Assembly (NCBI GenBank): GCA_951406725.2
Contig: OX597843.1
Coordinates: 20,646,001 to 20,710,000 of the forward strand
From: Octopus vulgaris
Lineage: Eukaryota
Length of the DNA: 64,000 nt
Reading direction: 5' to 3'
Shown: in pieces, positions 12,670 through 26,180 of the stretch
Layout of the letters: every line of letters begins with the position of its first letter
Position numbering within the stretch: the stretch's first letter is position 1
Notes under the pieces: model-generated
Seen by the model: only the letters and a program-made list of their open reading frames with translations
Database searches by the model: none
What the model was told of the DNA's origin: nothing
Made by a program: the position numbers and the translations under genes

Positions 12670-14010
12670 AACGTGACCTAGACAATTTCGAGCAACATCT
12701 TGAACATCAAATTTAAACCTAGAAAAATAACAATCAAACCCCACCTAACTAAAATCAATAATATCCTCAAGAGTCTTCAAAAATACTCTGAAATTCTCTT
12801 CCAAGCCGTCAAACTCGGCAACCTTTATAATGCTTCTCTAGATAAATACCGAGAGCTAATACACAAATAACTACATAAATGATACCGTATTGTGCCAGTC
12901 TCGTTCTAAAAGACATTTACATCAAGAATCGTGATCTCGTTTTCGAACACGGATTAGAAGATAGGACCGGACGTTACTTAACTCGCTCACTCCATATTAA
13001 CGCAGAAGACCATAAAATAAAATCTGCCGAGAACCCTTCCGTTCGCCTCATTTGCCCCTTCAGTTCAGATATAGGTAAGATTAGCAAGATTTCATCAGAC
13101 AGGATTATACCCCCAACTACACCCATGGACTGAAATTACTCAAGCCGTCCAGTCGTTTAATTCCTAAAGCCCTAAACATACTTTTAAATTCATCCAGATC
13201 GACATAGACCAAATTACTCTAGTGTATCCCCTATCCTTCTCAACAAAGTCCTCATTTTTGCAATGATACAATCTAACCTCTCTTGTGACGATATTGATAT
13301 CATCTTGGCCGCCCGTCGATATGTGATAAAACTGGGTAATTCTAGGCCAATAGAGACATTCGGGATTCTCGCAACTGCGGAATCGAACAGATTAGAAAAA
13401 GACTAAGATATCTTTTTAAAACGGTGGGCCTCTGCATCACTTTATGTAGCAGCCTTAACACTTCTAATTTCCTAGATGTCACCCTAGATCTACAAAGTCA
13501 AATTTTCAACCCATGCCATAAACTTAAGGGGAACCTCCACTACGTCAACTTTTCCTCCATCCACAACGCCAGTTGTCCTAAACTCTATCGTAGATATCGT
13601 ATCAAAATGGATTTCATCACTGTCCGCCAGTAAGGAAATATTCGAACAATACGCTGAATATTATAATTGCGTGACGGTCATAAGAATTCGATCGAATATA
13701 ACCTTGTGTAGAACAAGCCTCCCTCAACTAACCTTGGAACCAAGAATACACCCGTCCTCCAGATAAAACAAAAAATATCCCGCATAGCCGATCGTCCTAC
13801 TACTCTCCCAAATTTTAAAGTAGTATATGATCTAACAAACAATCTCCCCACTCGGTGACCCTTGACACTAACACTGTCTCTGCCCGCCGATATCAACACC
13901 CGTATGCCCTTTCAAAACTCTTTATTTACTCGGATAAACCTATCAATCGGAATAAGATAACAAGAACACGTGAAGTTATCTGGTTTCGGTTCTCTAAAAC
14001 ATTCTTTTTT
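12670..14010 (+). mobile_element. Penelope-like element RT remnant (Neptune/Naiad-type motifs)
   Basis: ENPSVRLICPFSSDIGKISK, FIQIDIDQ, NFLDVTLDL..YVNFSSIH and RTREVIWF, all heavily disrupted. Confidence 0.7.
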
Positions 14011-14169
14011 TTCCCAACAGAAAGAAAACGAGGTATTGAACCTCTCACTATAATTTTTACAATTATTGGACTTAATAGTCCATAACAAATAATAACATAC
14101 AATAATATACAATAAAATATTCAATATACCATCAACACTAGTCCATTTACAAGTGAGGCACTGAGATTC

Positions 14170-15990
14170 TTACACGTTATAACAATGAGGTTTTTCAACC
14201 TCTTGTCAATCCTCATTATCGCTTGTGTACGTGTACTCTACCATCGCCCATGCTTGCTTTAAAATCAAGGTTTACTCCGAGTTGGCGTCACCCGGCCACG
14301 AGCGATATTCCTCCTTCAGTCCCCCCAGCCTATGTAACATGCGCAACGTTATGAACTCCACAGCTCTCTGCGGAGGCCATTCGGGTTACCGTGCGAAGGC
14401 CAAAGGTACACCCTTGTAGTGTTCTTCCACCACTACCCCTCTATAACAGAAGGGCAGCAGGTCTTCCTCCTCCGGGTTCGAGATAGTAAATTCTATCGTT
14501 GGCGGCACAATTCTTACCAATTGTGTCTAACCCAACCCTCACCGATGGGGCATCATGTCTCCAACTGTCGGCAATATCCCGTTTCTCCTCTTCATTTTTC
14601 TTCTTGACTGTGGGAGGGTGCGTCCCCTCCGTGACCGGGACATGTGCTTCCCTTCCCTCATTCCCAGAATCCTTCGGTGAGCACCCATTATTACTCACCT
14701 TCTTCCTTTTGCGGCTCTTCTTTGAGGCATCCTCTGTCTCCTCGGCCGCCTTCATTCCTTCTTCTACAGAGGTCTCCGTCAACCGCTCCAGGATTTTGCT
14801 TTGCCGTTGAGGACAGTTCTTTTTTATATGGCCAGGCTCCAGGCACCGATGACACTTGGGGGAGGGAGGCTCCCTCAAGTATCACCGGATACTTCGACCC
14901 GCCTATTCTTAAAAATTCTGAAAATACCAGACTTTCGGCTGACTGGATCTAGAGGGTCAAAATAGCTTTTGACCCCTTCAAGTCAGCCGCAGGCAGAATA
15001 TTTACATTGAAGAGCTTGGTGCTACTGCCACCCAGACCCCGGCGGATCGTATCTCCTATCCACTCGAGCTAAACTCCGAGTGGCAAGCCGCAAAACCAAG
15101 CCCTCATCAACTTCTTCCAATAATATGTGGGAAGAAACAAAATTTCATTGCCTTCCAGGAGCTGGCACGCAAATTCACAATCCATTTCTGGGGAGTCAAA
15201 CATCAGCCACACGGTTGCATATTTGACCCTCCGAGTGATAAACGTAATAGTTGGTTGAAATTCTGCCATCTCTCTTTCGATTATATTTTTTGAAAACGGC
15301 AATGGCGTCGAGGGTCCTAGAGTAGTTCCTCAAACCCACCGTCTTACTTTCAAGCTCTTTTAATCATCTTTTGGGTGGTATAAATTCCCACTCCACCAAC
15401 TTTCCATTGTTCTTTGCCAGGTTTCTTTTTAAAAAAAAGTCCAAAAAACACCTCATAAAATACAAAATAATTAAGAGAAAAAGCCCAAACAAAAAAGGAG
15501 AAAAAATTATAAGTTCAATAAAGAGTCTTTTTTTAAATAAAAGAGAGACGAAGAGAGAGCAGCAGTTCAAAACACAGCAAAGGCCACTCGGTACTCCAGG
15601 CCAAAATTTTAACGCAAATCATTCCAATTTTCTTCTCATAGGAACTCCTTAACAGGAACAATATTGTTGAAATCTTTTCTAAAAATTCCCAGAGTTATTC
15701 CTGGACAAATATTATTCTCAGACAAAATTTTGCGGCAGGATACGCCCACAAATACAATAATTTTCACAGTTAAGTGAAAAAATATTCACTCAGCTACAGG
15801 AAGACTAGAATCCAGTGAGGACTTCTTGTTTGCAAAAAATAATTGCGGCAGACAACATGCCCCCACTAGACACCCAAAAAAGTCTTACCTTACAACTGAG
15901 TTTCAAAACTCTTCAATTTAAGACGGCTTCAAAAACACGTCTTTAGTCTTTACTGTTTCAGTATCAAACAAAACTCCGATTCGCTCAGCA
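14170..15990 (-). mobile_element. Second ORF1-only Tx1-like retroelement, degenerate
   Basis: ITFITRRVKYATVWLMF, FLPTYYWKKLMRAW and CHRCLEPGHIKKNCP zinc knuckle, with a ~600-bp 5'UTR and no APE/RT. A near-identical copy is at 61510-63375. Confidence 0.75.
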
Positions 15991-16039
15991 CAATGAGGTA
16001 AGCAAGCTACTTACCACACAGCCACTACTGCACTGATTC

Positions 16040-17080
16040 TGGTGATGATTTTCAATTTTTTTTTCACCCCAACGTTTGAAATGATGTCAGGAATCTCTTT
16101 AAAAGTTGTGTGAATGTTTTGATTTTTTTCAAATCCCCAATCCCAATCGGTAACGATTTTGGCCAATGCTTTTGAATAACGCATTAACAAAAGTTCTAAC
16201 TGAAAAATTTTGGAAGTCGGTGATCACCATTATAATACACGCTTTTTTTTCAAACAAAATGTGAAACGTAGTTTGAAAACAATGGCGAGATTTTAAAATT
16301 TTGTTCCTTAACCTCGCATATTCCCAAAACGATGTTATTTTCCCAGTAGCTTTTGCATTATTTGTCCAACTTTAATGAAAATCGACGAGTGAGCAAGGCT
16401 CATGGCAGTGAGTTGATTTCAGTATATGACGTTGAGAAAAAAATTGGTAGTTGCGCCGGAGCAGTGGTTTTATAAAATCAATAGACGTTTTATTTGTGGC
16501 CGTAAATTTCATATATTTTATCTGATTTTAATGAAATATGAAGTGTAGGTAAATGTTTGGTGGGGGATACGGTAAATGTATTTATTTAATTCAAAAGAGC
16601 TTGAAAAGGGCATAAATGTACATAAGCATTTCCATACAGACATTCTTAACGATTTTGTAGAAATTTTACATGTGATTACAGCTCATGTCCATTAGTTGAC
16701 ACCTGCATTAAGAGTTGACAAAAATCGATAACTGCGAGTAAGAGGGAGATTTCAAAAAAACAATGGGCTTTTTGTATGCAATTACCCATAGGATTAGTAT
16801 TTTATGCTGTAACTTTTACACAATTCATCCGATTTTGATGAACTTTGACTTTTAGGTAAGGTTTATGGCCGGAGTCATGTAGTAGAATTAATATTAAAAT
16901 GATGAAAGGCAGAAATCGCCAAATAATTCAGAATAAAATAATGAACTGATTCTGAAGAAAATTGACCAGTGTGTAAAATTAAGCACTTCGACATATAAAA
17001 CGTCGATTATTTATACAATGTATTGAGATTTAAATGTCAATGGAATATTTTCATGTAAATGGTCAGACGTATTCGTCTTA
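16040..17080. repeat. Unclassified ~1-kb non-coding dispersed repeat
   Basis: Colinear paralogues at ~47985-48990 (more diverged) and 63425-64000 (close, with a deletion). Confidence 0.8.
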
Positions 17081-17383
17081 TGTGTTTAAACACATTTAAA
17101 CATATCTAAACACATAAGAGGTATCACATAAGAGGCAATGTTGGATTGCCTCATGCTTATATGTTTTAATCTAGGCGTACCTTCGCCTAGAAATAATTTT
17201 ATTTGCTAAAGAAATGTCTGAATCCGTTGTCTAGGAGATAGAGTTAAGTATTTCATAATTTTCATTCCCTTCGATGATTATCCCTAATTGCGGTTTGGAT
17301 TTTAGCTGTTCCTTCTGGCGTGCAGCAAATCCTATGACGGGTACATCTTATGTGTTTAAATGTGCACTGTATTTATATCTAAC

Positions 17384-17522
<139 letters not shown>

Positions 17523-17891
17523 ACACATGTATATACATAGTTGAAGTTTACAGAAAAATAAAAGACGAACACAGATATATGAAAAAGGTGTGTATTAGTT
17601 TGACACTCCGGAAAGTGTGAAAGGGCTTTACGTTTCGAGCCTACGATCTTCAAAAGTAAAGAAAATGAGAAAATAACAGAAGTTCAAAAAGGATTAAATG
17701 TTCTAGTGTATTGGAGGGATATTTCATTAACAGATGAGTCCCGTGAGATCCATAAGTATACCCAGTGGCAGTCGGGTAGAGTGCAGATATGTAGATTCGG
17801 AGAGGTGCAGAAAGATCAGGCAGTAGTAAGTCCAATATGTAGGTATATAATGCAGGATAAAATAGGTGCGACCACTTGAGCGTACAATAGA

Positions 17892-17947
<56 letters not shown>

Positions 17948-18460
17948 CATAAATATATATGTATATCTATATAAGTGTATGTGTGTATAAAGTCAATGGC
18001 GTGTCTGCGTAATAAGAAGCTTGATTTCAAACCACATGGAGTAGTGGTCAGTGTTAATACGTGCTGCCTTCACCAAGTGTCCAATTCTATATACTCGTGT
18101 CGTGAGACGATTTTGTTGTCAGAAACTGAAAGAGGCCTGTCTTATATATATACATGGGTGTATGTGTGTGTGTGAGCTTTAATTATTGTGGTTGTAATAG
18201 TCTCTGGAGATATTTCGTCCCCGTAACTTAACAGTTCCTCAAAAGAAACCGATACAATAAGCAACAGACTTTCAAAATTTAAATACAGTGGAGAATATAT
18301 TTGAATAAAATACCTTCTAGGAGGGTTGCCAGGATAGCTGCTGATTAATGACTTGAATAATTGGAAGATAATATTCTCTATATATATATATGCATGTGTG
18401 AGTGTATGTGTGTGAGTGTGTATATATGACATATACTGGCATGCATGGGTATACGTATGC

Positions 18461-18499
<39 letters not shown>

Positions 18500-18669
18500 T
18501 GTGTTTACACACACATACATATATATATATTTATATATAATTAAGAGACAGACCCTCCGTAAATTAATCCAATTAATAATGAAATATATTATCTATAAAA
18601 AGATATAAAAATAATTATATTATTAATAATATACTAAAACATACTATACTAAATTATGCACATTAAATC

Positions 18670-18758
18670 GACGAGACGCGTTTCGTAACCATATATTTAA
18701 ATCGACTTTATCAAAATTGATAATCTGAAAAATGAATACATAGCTACTCTTCAGGTCT
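18670..18758 (-). ncRNA. PLE-type hammerhead ribozyme remnant
   Basis: Minus strand: GAC-CTGAAGA-GTAGCTATGTATT...AATATATGGTTAC-GAAACGCGTC. Stem II is ~13 bp with wobbles, stem III is the palindrome ACGCGT, and stem I is weak. Confidence 0.55.
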
Positions 18759-18816
18759 AAATAGCATAAAATAAATTTACAACATAATTGAAGACATCAA
18801 AATTAACCCCTTAATT

Positions 18817-18866
<50 letters not shown>

Positions 18867-18982
18867 TTAGGCATATAATTCTTATGCACATAGGTATACA
18901 CTCCATAACGCACACAAATACGCACTCATTCTTACATCCACGCACGCAGACATAATGGCACACACACAGACACACCTATATA

Positions 18983-19050
<68 letters not shown>

Positions 19051-19499
19051 TAACACGACACACATTCGGAACACAACACACACTTAGTGTGAGCGATATA
19101 CTTTCATAAAGTGTAGGAAGGTTTACTATGAGAAAAGGAAAGAAGTAAGCAATTAGAGAGCGAACTTTTCGCCTTCTGTCACACAATTTGAAATTTGAAA
19201 ATTGTGTGGTAATTTTGAAATTTATTGATTTATTCGAGAACAAGTTTAGAAAACACATCAGAGGTTCGAAGTTTTATCATTTTTACCCAATCAGAAAACA
19301 AGATTTGGAAGCTAAGCTGCTTGTGTGTGAACACTTGTATCATAAAGTAGAAGTAGGAGATTTTAAACAAAATGAAAGCAATGATTGATTTTTAATTCAC
19401 ATACAGAGAGAGACAGAGAGACAGAGAGAGAGAGAAAGAGAGAGAGAGAGAAAGAGAGAGAGAGGGAGAGAGAGAAAAAGAGAGAGAAAGAGAGGGAGT

Positions 19500-19546
<47 letters not shown>

Positions 19547-19953
19547 TGTGAGAGAGAGCATCAAATAGTATGGCAAATATAAGATACATGGGTAGTGAAA
19601 GAGGTTGAGATCTCAAAGTTGGGTTATTTCACGTGGAAGATTATGATATTTATTATATTTTATGGACGATGTTTACCTTGGGAATCGGACTTCGGAAAGC
19701 AAATTCGTTTTACTCGAGGACGCAATGTTTCAGAGGCTCGCAGGTCTGAAAACATATAAAAAAACCACATACACCCGTATTTTTATAGTGTATATATAGC
19801 GTATGCATTTCTGTATGTGTGTATGTATGTATGTATATATATATGTATGTATATATGTATCTATGTATGTATGCATGTATGTATATATGTATGTGTGTAT
19901 ATTTGTGTGTTTAAATGTATGTATGTATGCATGTTTGTATATACATATATATT

Positions 19954-20006
<53 letters not shown>

Positions 20007-20139
20007 ATATAGTAGAAATATGTTATATATATATATATATATACATATATATTAGAAATATGTTACAAGAAGGAAAAAGAAGATATACGTCGAAATGTAA
20101 GGGGAAAATATGAAAAATCAACGAAAATGCACATTGTAA

Positions 20140-22550
20140 ATATAACAAAAAAAAACTTTCTATGAAAGGTAATGACAGATATATACCTTTAGATGGACTG
20201 AGGTAGAAATAAGAGTCACAAGATTCATTATTATGAGATGATTAAAGAGTCAGAACGCATACCATGCTTTCATCGTAAGCCATTCATTGCTTTGAATGAA
20301 CACCGGCTAATGAACAGTGTTAGGTCTAATAGTGCCTGAATAAAAAGATTACTTGTAAGGGAGGTCAGTTGTTCTGGATTTTGTGCAGTAAGGTTAGATA
20401 TAGAATTTGAATCTGAATTTTGTAAGGAATGTATAGTGGTTTATGGTGTTAATTGAAAGGATAGTAGTGTTCTGTATTAAGTTGTCTTTATATTCAGTTG
20501 GGGAAGATATTTATTGATGAAAATTGCCTATTTAATCAACCTTTGTTGCATTGATGTGTTCTGTGAACATTGATAGATGTGGAAAATTTGGAAATTAAGA
20601 TTAAGATTCCTAGCACACCTTTCAATGTATTCACTAACCTGTAACTGTCTGTACTTTGGTTGGCGAATTTGTTCCTTGTGGATGGTGGTTCTTCAACGGA
20701 GTGATATTCTTGTTTGTCTAATATAGTGGTTACCACATCCTAAGCATGTCATGGTATAGATTAGACTTTACGAGTATCGGGTGAACTTTGAATTGATCTT
20801 AAATATTTCCTCTTGTTTAAAGTGGATTTCTGAATCCTCCAAAAGGTTGGGACATGTTCCACAGGTGAGACGACCACACTTTTTCTCTTTTGGCTCTGTT
20901 GTTAGTAGATATTGTCTTGCGCTGGTTAATTGTTTTTCAATGAATTCGGTTGTAGTTTGCTTTTTTAAATTTTGTATGAGCTTAAAATTTCGTTCGTTGT
21001 TTTGTCTCCTGTGAGGATGGGAATATTTTGGGTGATAATATTGAAGGCTTCGTTGTTTCTAGGGTTATGTGTGGAAATGTACGGAGTATTTTTTAAGTCT
21101 GGTTTAGTATTTCGGCTGGCATGCCTTAATATTTGTATATCTATTTCCTTAACTCTTTTAATGTCTTTATTTGGTGTTGATCTAATTTCAAGGAGTCTTG
21201 TTCACGACTATATGTATCCGAAACTATGGTACAGATTCTTTTCGCTAGATTAAACGGTGTATTAATTTTTATGTGTTTGGGGTGTCAAACAATATGTATT
21301 GTTTAGAATCTGTGGGTTTATAAAACATGTCTGTTTCTATGTGGTTATTAACTATTTTAATTAAGATGACCAGAAAAGGGAGTTGTTTACTGTTGTGTTC
21401 CATAGTGAATTGTATATTGCTATGTATGTTGTTAAGCATTACTTTCAAATCAAGGAATCTGTCCATGCTGTATTTCCAAAGTATGAAGCAATCATCCAAA
21501 TACCTCATCCAGTTCTCCTTTAAATATCAATTAAAAGAGGCGCCAATAATTTTCTAGTGATGATTGGTATAACTTCAGTTCTAGGTAACCCATTTCAAGG
21601 TTTGAAATCACTGGAGTAGCTCTGGTTTCCATTGCAATTCCACATTTTTGTCGATAGTAAGTTGTATCGAACATGAAATAGTTGTTCAGCAGGATGAATT
21701 TGAGTGCTTCGATTATGATTCTGTGGTTAATGCGTCCTGAGATCTCTTCTGGGTATTTTTCTAGCCAGAATGTGATTGCTTCTATACCAGAGTCGTGTGG
21801 GATATTGGTGTAAAGATTCACCACATCGAAAGATACCAGCAGCGTTCCTTCCTTTACTGTATTCGGGCGGTGGTTCAGCATGTCTAGGTCATCCCTGATA
21901 AAGCTTTTCACATATTTTTAAAAAACGTTTTGAGTATGATGTCGAGGAAGTTGCTCAAATGGTGGGTTTCACAAGGAGGGCCATCAATGATGGGTCTCAG
22001 TTTGAGGTTAGTAGGGGAAGGGACATTAATGCATAGGCTTGTAGAGACTTTGCAGGCTTCACAAATGTGTGGATTTTTATGTATTTTGGGTAATCCGTAG
22101 AATAGACTAGGACTGTATTTAAAATTGGGTAAAAAGTCTATTTCAATGTTAGTGAGACCCTTTCCATGAATTTTGAGTAAGGAGGGCAAGTTTTTCAGTG
22201 TTTACTCTGGGTTGTTATGTATTAATTTCTCATAGTAAATATTATTTTCCAACATGGAAAGTGTTAAATATTTGTAGTATTCTGTATTCATCACTACTAC
22301 CGCACTTCCGTTGTCGGCTTCTTTGGAATACGTTGAATTTGGAATTTACGAGGCAAAATTATTGGTGTAGAGTTTAGCCAGCGTTCGTAGATTTCTGCCT
22401 TGTGGTTGTTTTTAATCGTATTCCAGAAAGAAAAGTTTCTGGCTTTACGTTTTTCATTCCATATATGGATAATGCAGTTTTTGATAGATAGTGTGGAGGG
22501 ATTGCTATCTTGTGTATCATCTATAGGAAGATTTACCAGTAGCACTCAAG
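20140..22550 (-). mobile_element. Penelope-like element (Poseidon-type) RT and linker, degenerate
   Basis: FYGLPKIHK, LRPII, SFDVVNLYTNIP, GIAMET, RYLDDCF, IQFTME, LPFL..L and FYKPTDSKQY, with a CGRLTCGTCP linker at ~20850-20880. Confidence 0.9.
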
Positions 22551-22644
22551 AGCATCCTCACACAAAACACACACGCACACAACACACATACACACACGCA
22601 CACACACACGCACAAATATATATATATATATATATATATATTAT

Positions 22645-23760
22645 GTACAGGTTACAGTAAATATAGTGTCGTCTTAATTACGCAAAAATGAAAAAAACAC
22701 TGAGATCCCATTTTAACAGGTATATTTACCAAAATAACAGAAAAAAATATCTTGAAAGTAAATGTCTTCAATAAAATCGCTATTGGCTTCAACCACGTCT
22801 TCCGGTCAGATTCGGAATTACCTGCAACTCTTTTGGACGGTCACCTTGTTTAATTTCGTGAATACTGCCATAATCCTTGTATTCAGTTTATCTTTGATAT
22901 TACAAGGGATTTTGCTGACCTCTCAGTCAACTGCGCACTATGCATGATAATCAAGAGGGTTCCAGTTTGGGGAGTTAGATGGCGTGACTTTAGGGGTGAT
23001 GTGGTCGCAAAATTTGTCTGACAGCCATGGCTGGGTTCTGCTGGTTGTATGTCATGGTACAGAGTCTCCCTGATAGAGATAGGATCTTCCAGCAGCCACC
23101 CCATTGCTCCAGGGAAGCACGACCATCTCCAGGCACTTGATGTAGACCTCCGTCTGAAACCTATTTCTTTACTACCAACAAGGGGCTAAACACAGAGAGG
23201 ACAAACAAGGACAGACAAACGGATTAAGTCGATTACATCGACCCCAGTGCGTAACTGGTACTTATTTACTCGACCCCGAAAGAATGAAAGGCAAAGTCGA
23301 CCTCGGCGGAATTTGATATCAGAATGTAGCGGTAGACGAAATACCGCTAAGCATTTCGCCCGACGTGCTAACGTTTCTGCCAACTCGCCGCCTTAATTCT
23401 GAAACCGTGAATGAAAGCATAATTTCACCATCACAACTGATCGTTCCAAACACCATGATGTTGACTGGATGCTTGATTTTTATCAGTCGGAGTACATGTC
23501 CTCGGATTGAACATTCCTCAGACTGACACCCAAACACTCTGGAATGTTCATATTAGATCTTTCGGCGCGAATGCCAAGCAGTACAGCATGTCGTTTCCAA
23601 AATTTCTGGCAGAGTGAATTACGCCATGGTGCTGTTTTTCTCACAGACGGTACCCAACTGATCATACTATACTGAGTGGTCGACAAAGTCAAAAACAAAG
23701 AATGCGCATGCGCGAAATTAAAAAGGTAATGGTGGCAATTTCGTGTTGAAACCTGTATAT
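22645..23760 (-). mobile_element. Tc1/mariner-superfamily relic (maT/DD37D-like), interrupted by a SINE
   Basis: KHPVNIMVFGTIS, PSNSPNWNPLDY and EDVVEANSDFIE. The ends share TACAGGTT as inverted repeats in a TA context. Confidence 0.75.
23155..23395 (-). mobile_element. tRNA-derived SINE
   Basis: Minus-strand head GGCGGCGAGTTGGCAGAAACGTTAGCACG (A-box-like) and core GTACCAGTTACGCACTGGGGTCGATGTAATCGAC. It splits the transposase frame. Confidence 0.75.
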
Positions 23761-23924
23761 ATATATATGTATATACGATTAGGTGTTGACATGAATGTGA
23801 TATAGTATTTTCTACTGTATTCAGTCCCACTGCGTGTACTCTGGCTTACAGCACAACAAACTCGTGTATATTTGTTCAAGGTAACTAAAAGAAACCCATC
23901 GTATACATACAAAGTGGAATCGTA

Positions 23925-24757
23925 ATGTTCCTGGATGAGTTATGTTTAATAAAACTAACTTATATTAACTTCATCTCATTCGGTAAAGTCACCGTGTGCA
24001 GGTATACACCGCCAAGCTTTTCGAATACACCCGATCCAGCTTTCTTGACACTTTTGGAATTCGGCCTCTTGAGAACATCTTGATCTAAACAACGGTGTTA
24101 AATTTCCTATTGATCACGATCTTTGTACCGTATTTTCTTCTTGTGGAAGAGATGGAGGTCACCAGGTGCTGAATCTGGCAAAAAGGACATGCACGGAAGC
24201 GATATCATGTTGCTTTTGGCAAGAAACCCGCGAGTGTGGTGACTGAGTACATTGTCGTCGTGAAAAATCCAATAATTCGCGCACCACAAATCCTGTCAGT
24301 TTTCTCGAATGTCATCCTTGAAAAGCTTTAAAATGTCGCAGTTGATCCCTCATTTGGACTTGGGGGTCGAATTATCAATGCACAACCCGATGATGTAGAA
24401 ACAATATTGAAAATTCGCTTGATTAAGTTGTCATTCTGTCGTGCACCTGCGCACTCGAAACATTATATACGACCCATTGTCTCGTCGCTATAAGCTTGCC
24501 GATGCATGCTCCATCTCTCTATAGCAGACTTCCCAATTTTTACGCAAAATTTCATGTTGGTTCTCTCGTCCATACCCGTCCTGTTCATACACGTCATCAC
24601 AAAAATACAAATTCCACATCGTGCGATGTATACACATCGATGTTACTCAGCATGCTACTTCCTGAAGCTTACTGCTCGCTATCACCGTGCTTACAATTGT
24701 GTGCATCCAAGCGTTGGCGCGTAATAGAGTTTGTCCGTGAAATTTTGATACAACCGC

Positions 24758-24760
<3 letters not shown>
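23925..24760 (-). mobile_element. Mariner transposon relic
   Basis: WIFHDDNVLSH and PDSAPGDLHLF (mariner HDNA and YSPDLAPxD motifs), with imperfect TIRs ending in TA. Confidence 0.8.
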
Positions 24761-24822
<62 letters not shown>

Positions 24823-25103
24823 TATACAAGCAGTAATAATTGTCGTCGATCGGGTAATTCTACTGTTTCTCGGGACAAAAAACTTGAAAATGGGTATTTC
24901 ATATAGAAAAATAGCTTTACGGTATCCAGGTCCACTATTTATGGACAACCTATAATTCGGGATTGAGAAATTTGAAAATGAAATTCGTAAGCAACCATAG
25001 ATAACCACATACACTTGCATTTATACATACATATATGTATTTTTATGTGTATATATATCTGTATGTGTGTGTGTGTGTGTGTGTGTGTGAGTGTGTGTGT
25101 GTT

Positions 25104-25149
<46 letters not shown>

Positions 25150-25889
25150 TTGAGTTGTGGGTATCGCACGAGTGGAATTATATACGAAAGAAGGTTTGAA
25201 AATGCAATTTAAAAGATGTTTATTTACTTAACCGGGTTCACTCTTTGGTAAAGATTGTCAAAAGTAACATTGAATAATATGGGTTCAAAAAAGTTTTTTA
25301 CATAATTGTCACATTGAATATTATGAACTCAAAAATGTTTTTTTATACATAATTGTCACATTACATGTATAAAATATAGTGTTTGGTAACAGAGAAGTTC
25401 AATAGTGTGATGAGAATATTTGGAAAAATTGGCAGAAAAGAATAAAACAAATATATTATTGGAAATTTGGTTGCGTTAATTATTGGTTGTCGCAAATTGT
25501 CACATTACATGTATATATATACAGTCTTTGGTAGAAAGGACATGTTAAAGACTCAAGGAAGTGCAATAGTTTGGTGAGAAAATTTGTAATATTGACAGAA
25601 AAAAATGGATATTTTATACATCTCAGAATATTTTGAGTTGAAGGCGAGAATTTGTTTTTACTGACCTGTTGGCTTTAGCAGAAAAGTTGAATTGAGAGAA
25701 AAAAATGTTGTACCCAACAGGTCAGTAAAAACAAATTCTCGCCTTCAACACACACACATATATATAAATGAACGCAATGAATATCTGATTCATAATATTT
25801 GTTCTCATGATTGTGTGGTGTTTGTAGCGATGATAATTCTCCCTATGACTGCCGACAGATACATCAAAGAAAGCCGTCTAACGACCTTA

Positions 25890-26180
25890 TAAAGGGAGAG
25901 TGAAAGGGAGTTGAGGGGAATACATTAAATAACGGGAGAGGACATTGTCAACGTTATGAATGAAGAGGAGTAAGAGAGGGAAAGGAGGAAATAACGTGAG
26001 TGAGGATGATGGCCCCTAGCAACCACACCTTTTAAGATAGGGATTTCTAAGGTAGCCCACGAGCATCGTCACCTCATTCTACATGTCCCTGTAAATTTTG
26101 GAGCGAATAGGACGGGTCGTAGTGGCATTGAAAGCAACCCAAGGGGTAAAAACGCATTTCAGTTTTATATATAGAGAAGA
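25890..26180 (-). mobile_element. Non-autonomous Helitron-like 5' end fragment
   Basis: The minus strand begins A|TCTTCTCTATATATAAAACTGAAATG, a typical Helitron 5' terminus pattern. Confidence 0.45.

Larger units (their letters stand above)
12540..16032 (-). mobile_element. tRNA-derived SINE head split in two (12540-12666 and 15998-16032) by nested insertions
   Basis: The uninterrupted paralogue at 49268-49432 reads ..GAACCGTGTGGTTCGTAAGCAAGATACTTACCAC... Here the ..CATGTGGTTG half ends at 12666 and GTAAGCAAGCTACTTACCAC resumes at ~15998. Confidence 0.65.

Noticed and set aside
14182-15999. 10-bp direct repeat ACAATGAGGT (14182-14191, 15990-15999) as TSD of the ORF1-only element
   Set aside because: Not preserved in the duplicate at 61.5-63.4 kb and not part of the SINE target sequence, so it is ambiguous.
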